Below are positions 28,602-37,334 of a stretch of 64,000 bases of DNA, in pieces (the stretch's first letter is position 1; every line of letters starts with the position of its first letter). A model generated the notes under the pieces. That model saw nothing but the letters and a program-made list of their open reading frames with translations, ran no database searches and was not told the origin of the DNA. The stretch is from positions 70,074-134,073 of the forward strand of contig CAYJCR010000001.1 in the NCBI GenBank assembly GCA_964368755.1, in the 5' to 3' direction. Source of the DNA: an uncultured Lachnospiraceae bacterium. GTDB taxonomy: Bacteria > Bacillota > Clostridia > Christensenellales > UBA1242. The translations under genes were made by a program, and so were the position numbers.

Positions 28602-29855
28602 ATGGATAAGTTTGTAATAAACGGTGGCAAAAAGCTGATCGGTTCTGTCAAAGTTCCTTCAGCAAAAAACTCCTGCCTTGCATTACTTGCTGGGTGTATG
28701 TTGTGTAGTGGGGTAGTTGTATTCCACAAGTTCCCTAACTTTAGCGATATCAATAAAATGCTAGATATACTGACGAGGCTAGGGTGCAAAGTATCAAGAG
28801 ATGGCGAAGATGTAACAATAGATTGCAGGTATGCCGAGGGCTATGAAGTGCCTCACGATCTTGCGAGCAAGATAAGATCCTCAATATTCTTATTGGGTGC
28901 AATATTGAGTAAGTTAAAAAGAGCAAAAGTCTCCTATCCAGGTGGCTGTGATATTGGTAATAGGCCTATAGATCTTCATCTCAAAGGTCTAAGGGATCTC
29001 AATGCAAAGATTATCGAGAAGCATGGCTTCATAGTTTGTGATGGAAGAGAGATGCAAGGCAAAGCTGTCCACTTGGATTATCCGAGTGTTGGTGCTACTG
29101 AGAATATTATGATGGCTGCTGTACTTACCAAAGGTACAACGCAGGTTTTTAATGCAGCCAAAGAGCCAGAGATAGTAGATTTGCAGAACTTCATCAACAA
29201 GATGGGTGGCAAGATATATGGGGCTGGGACAAGTACAATAACAATAGTTGGTGTAGACAAATTGTCAGATGCTGAGTATACACCTATTGGCGATAGAATA
29301 ATTGCAGGTACATACATTCTAGCAGGGGTAGCAACTGGTTGCGACATGGAGATAAGTAATGTCAATTATGAACATATTTACTCGCTTATTACCAAACTTA
29401 ACGATTCTAGTTGCAAAATATCAGTAACTAATGATAAAATAAAACTATCAAGTGATAGACGTATCAAGACTTTTGGGAGTATTGAGACTCTTCCATATCC
29501 TGGATTTCCTACCGACTTGCAAGCGCAGACACTTGTGCTTCAGACTATCAGCAAAGGGACTTGTGTTATTGTTGAGAACTTGTTCGAGACGAGATTTAAG
29601 CACGTGCCAGAGCTTATCAAGATGGGTGCTGATATCTCTATCAAGAACCGTATGGCAATAGTAAGAGGTGTTGACCAATTGTATGGGGCAGAAGTTGTTA
29701 GCCATGACTTACGTGGGGGAGCAGCACTTACTATCGCAGGACTATGTGCCAAGGGTTATACCACGGTTGATTGTGTTGAGCATATCGATAGGGGATATGA
29801 GAGACTTGATGAAGTGTTTGCTCAACTAGGAGCAGATATTCGAAGAACAAAATAG
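28602..29855 (+). CDS. murA: UDP-N-acetylglucosamine 1-carboxyvinyltransferase MurA
   Basis: MDKFVINGGKKL..., KNS and active-site GGCDIGNRPIDLH (Cys retained). Confidence 0.95.
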   Translation: MDKFVINGGKKLIGSVKVPSAKNSCLALLAGCMLCSGVVVFHKFPNFSDINKMLDILTRLGCKVSRDGEDVTIDCRYAEGYEVPHDLASKIRSSIFLLGAILSKLKRAKVSYPGGCDIGNRPIDLHLKGLRDLNAKIIEKHGFIVCDGREMQGKAVHLDYPSVGATENIMMAAVLTKGTTQVFNAAKEPEIVDLQNFINKMGGKIYGAGTSTITIVGVDKLSDAEYTPIGDRIIAGTYILAGVATGCDMEISNVNYEHIYSLITKLNDSSCKISVTNDKIKLSSDRRIKTFGSIETLPYPGFPTDLQAQTLVLQTISKGTCVIVENLFETRFKHVPELIKMGADISIKNRMAIVRGVDQLYGAEVVSHDLRGGAALTIAGLCAKGYTTVDCVEHIDRGYERLDEVFAQLGADIRRTK

Positions 29856-29874
29856 TTTATCCAAAAGGTGACTT

Positions 29875-30714
29875 ATGAAAAGTAAAAGAATGATTATTCT
29901 CATATCAATTGCTGTGTTACTAGTGACAATCATTGTCCTATCTAGCACGGTGTTTTGTTTGCGAAAAATTGACCTTACTTTCTATGACAAAGATGATGTG
30001 CAAATAACTGATATGACGAAACTTGAACATTATTCTACAGATGATTTTGATGATATCATCGCAAATGGCGAGTTCAAGAAAGGAAGCAGTATATTCTTGA
30101 TCAACAAATCTAAGTATATGGACAAGCTCGAAAGCAACAACCCATATCTTAAAGTAATTTCTCTGCAGATTAAGTTCCCTAATAGGATAGTTATCAAGGC
30201 AGTAGAAAGACAAGAGATGTATTATGTTGTCTCGGGCGAAGAATATGTCGTACTAGATACTGAACTCAAAGTATTGAGGAAGACAGAACTAGAACCTGAC
30301 TTGATAAAGATTGTTGGTTTGCCTGAGAACAGTGCATATGCTTTGGGTTCGTTCATATCTGGGCAAGAAAGTCTTGCAGATTTGTATAATGATTTGGTTG
30401 TGTCATATGTCAATCTTAACAAAGCAATCAATATGTTCTCTTATGTCAAAATTGTTGATGAACAAATGAGTGAAGCAAGTGTTAAGTCTATTGAGTTGAT
30501 GACAGCTTATGGCGAAGAGGACAATAAGAGCGATGGTGTTGTTATCAAGATACAGAATATATCTAATAACCTCGAAGATAAGGTGTTCAAAGCAATATCA
30601 ATATACAACTATCTTCTCAACAATCCATCAAGTGGCAATGTTACAAGTGGTGTAATCAAAGTCCTTGATAATATAACTGGATACTATAACGATGCAATAG
30701 TGACAATAGGTTAG
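29875..30714 (+). CDS. divIB: DivIB/FtsQ-like cell division protein
   Basis: N-terminal TM anchor and a POTRA-like region, positioned immediately upstream of ftsA. Sequence similarity is weak. Confidence 0.6.
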   Translation: MKSKRMIILISIAVLLVTIIVLSSTVFCLRKIDLTFYDKDDVQITDMTKLEHYSTDDFDDIIANGEFKKGSSIFLINKSKYMDKLESNNPYLKVISLQIKFPNRIVIKAVERQEMYYVVSGEEYVVLDTELKVLRKTELEPDLIKIVGLPENSAYALGSFISGQESLADLYNDLVVSYVNLNKAINMFSYVKIVDEQMSEASVKSIELMTAYGEEDNKSDGVVIKIQNISNNLEDKVFKAISIYNYLLNNPSSGNVTSGVIKVLDNITGYYNDAIVTIG

Positions 30715-30859
30715 AATGGATATACAAAAACATATGTTTTTTGAGACATATGTTTTTTCTTTGCGATGCATAATTATTAGTTTATCTGCCCAAATGATGA
30801 ATATTTATAAATAAAAAATACAATAAATGCATAAAAAACCAAATAATAGCGTGATTTAG

Positions 30860-30888
30860 TTGACATTATTATGCACAAAAAATATAAT
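30860..30888 (+). promoter_or_regulatory. sigma-A promoter TTGACA-17-TATAAT upstream of ftsAZ
   Basis: Perfect -35 (30860-30865) and -10 (30883-30888) hexamers with a 17-nt spacer. Confidence 0.65.
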
Positions 30889-30931
30889 TAGGGTATAATA
30901 ATTGAATAATCTAACAAAAGGATGCGTTGCA

Positions 30932-32107
30932 ATGGCAGACAAGACTGTAGCTGTACTTGATTTTGGTTCAGAAAAAATACGAGTTTTGATAGGTAGTCGT
31001 GGTCTTAATGGGACTTTTGATATCAAAGGTTCAGGTGTCGCCGATTATGCAGGCTTTATGAATGGTGAATTCTTAGAACCTGATGAGCTCAAGCTTGCAG
31101 TTGGTGTTGCTATAAATAATGCAGAGAGCAACTCTGCTGTTAAGATCAACAATCTATATATTGGAGTTCCTGCTGAGTTTTCTTTTGTTAATTGTGTTAG
31201 TGGCAGTATCAATTTTGGTAAACGTAGGAAGATAAAGAAGTCTGACATATTGGACTTGGTTGCAAGAGTAAAGAGTGAGAATAACTTTGAATCTCATACA
31301 GTGATTGATTATTCGCCAATATACTATGTGCTTGATAGCAATGCGAAGAGTATATCTCCTATCGGCCTTACAACAAGCGTGTTAGGTGCGAATATATGCG
31401 TTGTGCAAGCAGAGAATACTTTTATAGAAACAGTTGTTGGACTTGCCAATCAACTTGACTTAGACAGGATAGAGTTCTTGTCATCACCACTTGCTACGGC
31501 AAAGTACTTGTGTGATGATGATACGAAGAGCAGTTATGCTATTATCATCGACTGTGGACATATAACAACTAGTGTATCTCTTCTAAGAGGCGAGGGGCTT
31601 CTCAATATGTTTAGTTTCTCAATGGGTAGTGGTAATATATCTGCTGACCTTGCACAATGTCTCAAGTTGCCTTACACCAGTGCAGATGAACTTAAGAAGA
31701 AAGTTGTCCTTAGTATCGACCCACAAGACAAAGACGTATATGATATTGTAGTTGAGGGAAGTAAGGTTTATCTCTCTGCCAAGACGACGAATGAGATAGT
31801 TTGTTGCAGATTAGAGAGTATAGTCAAGGGCATTCGCAAATGTATAGATAGTTTTACTTTTGAGTGTCCAGATTACACCCCAATATATTTGACAGGTGGT
31901 GGGATAAGTTATATCAAAGGAGCCAAGGATTATGTATCCAAACTTCTTGGTAAGAATGTAGAGTTACTTGTTCCGTCTGAGCCACAACTCAACAAACCAC
32001 ACTTTTCTTCAATACTTGGCTTGCTTAGTTCTGCTATAACAAAGGAAGAAGTGCCGGTTGGAATAGCGAAGTTTTTTGATAAGATAAAAACACTTTTTGG
32101 TAAATAG
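30932..32107 (+). CDS. ftsA: cell division protein FtsA
   Basis: Actin-like ATPase motifs VLDFGSEKIRVL and LTGGG. Start moved to the ATG at 30932, which has an AAGGA RBS. Confidence 0.9.
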   Translation: MADKTVAVLDFGSEKIRVLIGSRGLNGTFDIKGSGVADYAGFMNGEFLEPDELKLAVGVAINNAESNSAVKINNLYIGVPAEFSFVNCVSGSINFGKRRKIKKSDILDLVARVKSENNFESHTVIDYSPIYYVLDSNAKSISPIGLTTSVLGANICVVQAENTFIETVVGLANQLDLDRIEFLSSPLATAKYLCDDDTKSSYAIIIDCGHITTSVSLLRGEGLLNMFSFSMGSGNISADLAQCLKLPYTSADELKKKVVLSIDPQDKDVYDIVVEGSKVYLSAKTTNEIVCCRLESIVKGIRKCIDSFTFECPDYTPIYLTGGGISYIKGAKDYVSKLLGKNVELLVPSEPQLNKPHFSSILGLLSSAITKEEVPVGIAKFFDKIKTLFGK

Positions 32108-32131
32108 AAGTGCAAAAGGAGAATATATAAA

Positions 32132-33337
32132 ATGTTCAATAACAGTAATATCAGTCAAGTAGCAACAATCAAGGTCATCGGTGTTGGTGGTGGTGGTAAT
32201 AACGCTGTCAACAGAATGGTAGCTGCAGGTATCACAAGTGCACAGTTCGTTGCTATCAACACGGACAAGCAGGCTTTGCTTATGAGTAAGGCTAACCATC
32301 GCATCCAGATAGGAGAGAAACTTACTCGTGGTCTCGGTGCTGGTGCTGATCCAGAGATAGGACAGAAAGCAGCCGAAGAGAGCAAAGCTGTCATAACAGA
32401 TGTACTCAAAGATTGTGATCTTGTATTCATTACTGCTGGTATGGGTGGTGGCACAGGTACAGGAGCTGCTCCAATAGTAGCGCAGATAGCCAAAGAGATG
32501 GGTATATTGACTATAGCTGTTGTAACCAAACCATTTAACTTCGAAGGGCGTAAGCGTATGGAGAATGCCGAAGGAGGCATCGAGAACCTTAAGAAATGTG
32601 TTGATACTCTTGTAGTTATACCTAATGACAAACTCCTCAAGATAGTACCAAAGGGTACTCCTATCGTAGAAGCTTTTAGATGTGCAGATGATGTATTGCG
32701 TCAAGGTATCCAAGGTATATCTGACCTTATTGTTACACCAAGTTTGATCAACCTAGACTTCGCCGATGTTCGTTCGGTAATGAAGAACAAAGGCCTTGCT
32801 CATATGGGTATTGGTAGAGCCAAAGGCGACAATAAGACAGTTGATGCAGTAAGACAAGCAGTAGCAAGTCCATTGCTTGAGACAACTATCGAAGGCGCAA
32901 CTGGAGTTATCCTCAATGTCAAGGGTGGTATTGATCTTCCTATTGATGAAGTCAACGAGGCTGCCGAACTTGTACGTGGAGTAGTTGATCCATCATGTAA
33001 TATTATATTTGGTGCTGGTATTGATGAGGCTCTTAACGAAGAAGTTGAGATTACAGTTATTGCAACTGGATTTGGTGATACAAACACAGAGAGTATAGAT
33101 TCGTTATTTGCAAAAGAACAGACTCAATCCAAACCTGTAGACTTCAATGCATATGACAAAGATAAATATGAGAATTATCTATTCAATCAACTCAAAGGCA
33201 ATGAGAATAGCCAGAAGTTGTACGAAGGTACTCCTCAACAAGAGACTCACGAGGCTGTAACTCCAACTTCGAGAATCAACATCGAAGATAGTAGCATCCC
33301 TCCATTCTTGCAGAGAATACGTAGAGATAAGAAGTAG
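32132..33337 (+). CDS. ftsZ: cell division protein FtsZ
   Basis: [13 protein letters not shown], the tubulin signature [17 protein letters not shown], and a C-terminal IPPFLQR peptide. Confidence 0.98.
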   Translation: MFNNSNISQVATIKVIGVGGGGNNAVNRMVAAGITSAQFVAINTDKQALLMSKANHRIQIGEKLTRGLGAGADPEIGQKAAEESKAVITDVLKDCDLVFITAGMGGGTGTGAAPIVAQIAKEMGILTIAVVTKPFNFEGRKRMENAEGGIENLKKCVDTLVVIPNDKLLKIVPKGTPIVEAFRCADDVLRQGIQGISDLIVTPSLINLDFADVRSVMKNKGLAHMGIGRAKGDNKTVDAVRQAVASPLLETTIEGATGVILNVKGGIDLPIDEVNEAAELVRGVVDPSCNIIFGAGIDEALNEEVEITVIATGFGDTNTESIDSLFAKEQTQSKPVDFNAYDKDKYENYLFNQLKGNENSQKLYEGTPQQETHEAVTPTSRINIEDSSIPPFLQRIRRDKK

Positions 33338-33340
33338 ATC

Positions 33341-33377
33341 AAAAAAATAACAATAGGTTATACCTATTGTTTTTTTA
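33341..33377. terminator. bidirectional terminator between convergent ftsZ and sigE
   Basis: AACAATAGG-ttata-CCTATTGTT stem flanked by A7 and T7. Confidence 0.8.
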
Positions 33378-34091
33378 TGCATTGTGCTTGTTGAGCTCTT
33401 TTTTGAGTCTCTGTAAGATTTTTTTCTCAATACGAGAAATGTAACTTTGTGATATGCCCAAGATATCTGCCACTTCTTTTTGAGTAGCCTCTTCTTGATT
33501 GCACAATCCGAACCTTAGTATCATTATTTGTTGTTCCTTTGGGTTAAGTCCAAGTATTGCTTTGTGTAATAGTTGCTTTTCGAGATTGTTCTCCATACCC
33601 TTAGTTACGGTATCTTCATCAGTTACCAATATGTCTGCAAGAAGGAGTTCGTTGCCATCTTTGTCAAGATTAAGTGGTTCATCTAAGCTTATCTCTATCT
33701 TTTGTTTGGTTACTTTGCGAAGATGCATAAGTATCTCGTTCTCAATACATCGAGAGGCATATGTTGCAAGTTTGATATTCTTATCGTTGTTAAAAGACTG
33801 CACTGCCTTGATAAGCCCAATCGCACCAACAGAGATAAGGTCCTCTATATCTTGTCCACTGTTCTCGAACTTACGTGCAATATACACAACAAGTCTAAGG
33901 TTGTGTTCTATTAGCTGATTCTTTGCTTCTTCATCATCAATATTGGCTAGTAGTTCGAGTTCTTCTTCTTGTGTTAGAGGTTTTGGTAGAGCAGTACCGT
34001 TGCAGATGTATGCAATAAGGTGTTGTTCAACAATTGTTAAGTCAAAACCCAGTATTTTTTTTACAAAACCAATTAACGCTTTTATTATCAT
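33375..34091 (-). CDS. sigE: sporulation sigma factor SigE (pro-sigma-E)
   Basis: A pro-sequence-like N-terminus precedes ...[17 protein letters not shown]. Sigma-70 regions 2-4 are present ([14 protein letters not shown]...). The gene is translationally coupled to spoIIGA. Confidence 0.9.
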   Translation of the reverse strand: MIIKALIGFVKKILGFDLTIVEQHLIAYICNGTALPKPLTQEEELELLANIDDEEAKNQLIEHNLRLVVYIARKFENSGQDIEDLISVGAIGLIKAVQSFNNDKNIKLATYASRCIENEILMHLRKVTKQKIEISLDEPLNLDKDGNELLLADILVTDEDTVTKGMENNLEKQLLHKAILGLNPKEQQIMILRFGLCNQEEATQKEVADILGISQSYISRIEKKILQRLKKELNKHNA

Positions 34092-34906
34092 AATCCCTCC
34101 ACTATTCTATTGCCAATAAGAGCCTCATATTGCCCCGATATGCCACCATAACTCACACCTATAAGACAATCAGACGCAACGGTTTGCTTACCAATTAGCT
34201 TGAACTCGTCCGCAGAGAAGACGAACAACTTGCTATTGCCTGATATTGTGCTGTATCGCACGAAGTGTCCTTCGGAGAAATCTTTGTGTTTGCGATACAT
34301 TATTACTTCGTTTAAGGGTATAGGACTGAGTTTGTTGAATAACTTCGGACTTATGATAACAACGGACTTGCCATTGTCTGTCAAAGTGTTGCCACTATCT
34401 AAATACGCCCTAGACTTGACAGTACGTCCCTGATACGAGATAGATATGTCATATATGTTGTTGTGCAATCGGCGTTTGTAATAAAAAGCCTTGATACCTT
34501 TGATCAAAAAGAACACATAGACAAACATTCCGAAGATAAATACACTAGTAGGTACTGGCAACTTGCTTGCATCTCCTCCGAATAGGTAAATAATGAAGAA
34601 GCAAAAGCCTCCCATAACAAAAGTAAAGGTAATAAATATCACATACATAAGTATAAGTTCTCTTAGTTGCATCTTTGGGCTAGCTACCAATATCATAGCA
34701 AGACCTACCATAAGTTTGAGACACATAAGGATAGGAGTCGATAGATAAAACAATGGGACAACTATTGCAAAAGCCGTCCCAAGTGCAGTTGATAATAGTA
34801 CCTTGTACCATTTGATAGGTATACGCAATGCAAAAAGCGTTAGCATTATAATAATTCCATTGATGATGAAATTGTCTATAATAGCAAGTTCTATATATAC
34901 TTCCAT
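34088..34906 (-). CDS. spoIIGA: sigma-E processing peptidase SpoIIGA
   Basis: 5 N-terminal TM segments, a C-terminal aspartic protease motif LDSGNTLTD, and a 4-nt overlap with sigE. Confidence 0.88.
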   Translation of the reverse strand: MEVYIELAIIDNFIINGIIIMLTLFALRIPIKWYKVLLSTALGTAFAIVVPLFYLSTPILMCLKLMVGLAMILVASPKMQLRELILMYVIFITFTFVMGGFCFFIIYLFGGDASKLPVPTSVFIFGMFVYVFFLIKGIKAFYYKRRLHNNIYDISISYQGRTVKSRAYLDSGNTLTDNGKSVVIISPKLFNKLSPIPLNEVIMYRKHKDFSEGHFVRYSTISGNSKLFVFSADEFKLIGKQTVASDCLIGVSYGGISGQYEALIGNRIVEGL

Positions 34907-34963
34907 GTCATAAGTATATTATCTGAGTAGCAAAATATATTATTTTTTAACCCAAAAATGCAA

Positions 34964-34993
34964 TAAAAAAACGACTAACATAGTCGTTTTTTG
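34964..34993. terminator. rho-independent terminator after the T4CP gene
   Basis: ACGACTA-aca-TAGTCGT stem flanked by A and T runs. Confidence 0.7.
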
Positions 34994-35004
34994 TCAAATC
35001 AATT

Positions 35005-36987
35005 CTAGAAGTCATCGTCAAGAGAGAATGGCTTTGGTCTAAATATTTTTTTGTTCCTATCTGCTATGCTGTAAGCAACCTCATCTTCTCTAAGAGATTT
35101 GGAGATTGTATATGGCATATCATATTTTTTGTAATTGAACATTGGAGTAGCCCAAGCATATGTTATCTTAACTTTGATTGGGAACTCATTCAAGATCTTA
35201 GCTATAACATAGTCTGTCTTGTTAAGGTTACTGCTAAGGTGCCCAAGCTCATCAGGATAGATAAGTGGACGAGAAGCAGAACTAACACTTGTACTCTTGT
35301 TGGTCTCTTCTTTCTGTTTGCTCTCAGATGTTGAAGTTGTCTGAAGAGTTATATTACCGCAGGCTTCGGAGAACTCTTTACAAGTCTTGGCATCATCTGT
35401 TCCTATGAACATCTTGATAGGGCAGTTACCTTTGAGGGTCTCTGCGACATCATCACCATATTTTGCATTGAGCTGACTGTATGATTGTAGTACAAGTACG
35501 AAGAAAATATTTCTTGAACGGGATACGGTTATCATATTATCAATCTTCTCGATCTTTGGTAGGTTAGCGAACTCATCGAGTAGGAAGTATACACGTCTTG
35601 GAAGTGTAAGATCTTTGTATCTGTTGGCAATCTCAACTAGCTTCTGATATAACTGAGATATACACATAGTAGCGATACAGTGACGAGACTCTTTCTCATC
35701 AGGTATGATGATGAACATTGCTGTTGGCTTGTCTGCAAAAGAATCAAAGTTCATCTCGTTCAAGCTAGTTGCGTAGCACATACCTGTATCATTGAAGATA
35801 CCAAGTTTGGCAGAAACAATACCCATATAGCTTCGAGTAGTAGTAGGAGCATTGTTAACAGCAGTTGTAACAAGTGACATAACTTTGGAGAACTTGCTTC
35901 TCCCCATGAAGTATTGTCTAAGAGTCTTGTAAGGATTGTCCGGATCTGGATCACGGAAGTTGGCGATACGGTACAAGTTGTAGAAGTTGAATTTCTCTCT
36001 TGTCATATCTAATTGAGGATCCATACTATCTTCTAGCATGGCAAGCATAGTACCATAAATGAATTCTTGTGCACCACGCTCCCAAGAAGTCTCAGTCTTA
36101 GATTCGATAGGGCAGAGGTTACGTGATATCTCTCGAAGTTCGTTCTCTGCAAGGTCGATAAGCTCAGTTTTCTTTGCTTCAAGGTCGGTGTTAAGTATGT
36201 GTTCGTTAGGATAAGCAACTCCACCGAACTCATACCATATGTTATTGTACTCATTGGATATAACTCTGAATCCTAAGTCCACAGGGTTAACATTCTTATA
36301 AGTCTTGACTCTCTTCTTGAGTTCGAAGGCTTCGTGATATTTCATATAAGCATTGTCCATAGGATTCCATCTAACGCTGGCGAATGGTTCACGTAAGTTA
36401 AAAGCCTTGACATCATAACCTTCTTCGATAAGTTTGTTCCTATTGAGGGAGAAAAGCTCACCCTTAGGGTCACTTATAACGAAGCTTGGCTTAGTCTTTG
36501 TAGATGACATTATCTGGATAGTTGGGCTGATAAAACGCTCAGTTTTACCAACACCGGTAGTACCAATAACAAGTGTATGTATTGGTTTGTACATATTGAT
36601 ATTAAGTGTGTTACCAACAAGCTCCGAACGTAGCAAGATACCGTCCTTACTCGACCTAATTGTTGCCCATGTATTATAGAAGAACTTGCTTTCTGTCTTA
36701 AGTTCTTTTTCTGTAACCCATCTGCTATCGAAGTATTGGTCTATCTCTTTGCCACCCTTGGTCTTTGCACCAACAGAACTTGTAGATTTTGCACTCTTTT
36801 CCAAAAATAGCAATAATCCACATAGCATTGCGATACCAACTACTGTCCAAGTAGCAGCATTTGTTAATAAGGACACATCAAAGGTTAATTTGCCGTATGA
36901 CAAAAAGCTTGCAACGACAATACCTAGAACAAACGCAAGCACTATCATTATAAGATAGACTATAATTTTTTTTCCCATTTTTGACAT
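35005..36987 (-). CDS. VirD4/TraG-family type IV secretion coupling ATPase (T4CP), orphan
   Basis: 2 N-terminal TM segments, Walker A GTTGVGKT, SDPKGE and a Walker B YFLLDEFANL typical of TraG/VirD4. Start moved to the ATG at 36987, which has a GGAGG RBS. Confidence 0.85.
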   Translation of the reverse strand: MSKMGKKIIVYLIMIVLAFVLGIVVASFLSYGKLTFDVSLLTNAATWTVVGIAMLCGLLLFLEKSAKSTSSVGAKTKGGKEIDQYFDSRWVTEKELKTESKFFYNTWATIRSSKDGILLRSELVGNTLNINMYKPIHTLVIGTTGVGKTERFISPTIQIMSSTKTKPSFVISDPKGELFSLNRNKLIEEGYDVKAFNLREPFASVRWNPMDNAYMKYHEAFELKKRVKTYKNVNPVDLGFRVISNEYNNIWYEFGGVAYPNEHILNTDLEAKKTELIDLAENELREISRNLCPIESKTETSWERGAQEFIYGTMLAMLEDSMDPQLDMTREKFNFYNLYRIANFRDPDPDNPYKTLRQYFMGRSKFSKVMSLVTTAVNNAPTTTRSYMGIVSAKLGIFNDTGMCYATSLNEMNFDSFADKPTAMFIIIPDEKESRHCIATMCISQLYQKLVEIANRYKDLTLPRRVYFLLDEFANLPKIEKIDNMITVSRSRNIFFVLVLQSYSQLNAKYGDDVAETLKGNCPIKMFIGTDDAKTCKEFSEACGNITLQTTSTSESKQKEETNKSTSVSSASRPLIYPDELGHLSSNLNKTDYVIAKILNEFPIKVKITYAWATPMFNYKKYDMPYTISKSLREDEVAYSIADRNKKIFRPKPFSLDDDF

Positions 36988-37021
36988 AGCAACCTCCACG
37001 AACAATCGTATATATTTTATT

Positions 37022-37036
37022 ATATAATTATTATCA
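37022..37036. promoter_or_regulatory. candidate Fur box upstream of feoAB
   Basis: ATATAATTATTATCA matches 13 of 15 positions of the Bacillus 7-1-7 Fur consensus TGATAATNATTATCA. The AT-rich background lowers its significance. Confidence 0.3.
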
Positions 37037-37106
37037 TATTTTAGGCAAGTGATTTTTGATTATATTTTGCACATAATCGAATAGTAGATTCATTCTCAAC
37101 ATAATA

Positions 37107-37334
37107 TTGAATATGTTATTGTCAGAGGCAAAAGTTGGTTGCGAATATATTGTACATACGGTTGTGGGACACGAACCTATTTGTCGTAGGCTCATAGAAT
37201 ATGGCTTTGTTCGTGATGCCAAAGTCAAAGTTGTCAACAAGTCCATAGGTGGAAGTTCGCTACTAGTACAACTGCATAGATATACTCTTGCAATCAAGAA
37301 GACTCAAGCGAGTCTTATAGAGGTTGGTTTATGA
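37107..37334 (+). CDS. feoA: ferrous iron transport protein FeoA
   Basis: 75-aa SH3-like FeoA pattern (...GFVRDAKVKVV...), translationally coupled to feoB. Start ambiguous: TTG 37107 or ATG 37113. Confidence 0.8.
   Translation: MNMLLSEAKVGCEYIVHTVVGHEPICRRLIEYGFVRDAKVKVVNKSIGGSSLLVQLHRYTLAIKKTQASLIEVGL

Noticed and set aside
30725-30760. AAAAACATATGTTTTT palindrome plus a repeated ACATATGTTTTTT after divIB, considered as a terminator or repeat element.
   Set aside because: The stem is pure A/T with a 2-nt centre and would be very unstable. It is likely just AT-rich spacer and is not called.
32009-32713. 234-aa ORF antisense to ftsA/ftsZ. Similar long antisense ORFs occur at 2974..3453, 7186..7731, 38056..38616, 38860..39456, 10328..10720, 26016..26438, 58482..58919 and others.
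   Set aside because: Each lies opposite an unambiguous conserved gene, lacks an RBS and has a biased low-complexity composition. These are typical shadow ORFs of AT-rich genomes.
35005-36987. Interpreting the VirD4/TraG gene as evidence that this region is an integrative conjugative element.
   Set aside because: No relaxase, VirB4, integrase, oriT-like repeats or att duplications lie nearby, and the flanks are core genes. It is reported as an orphan T4CP instead.
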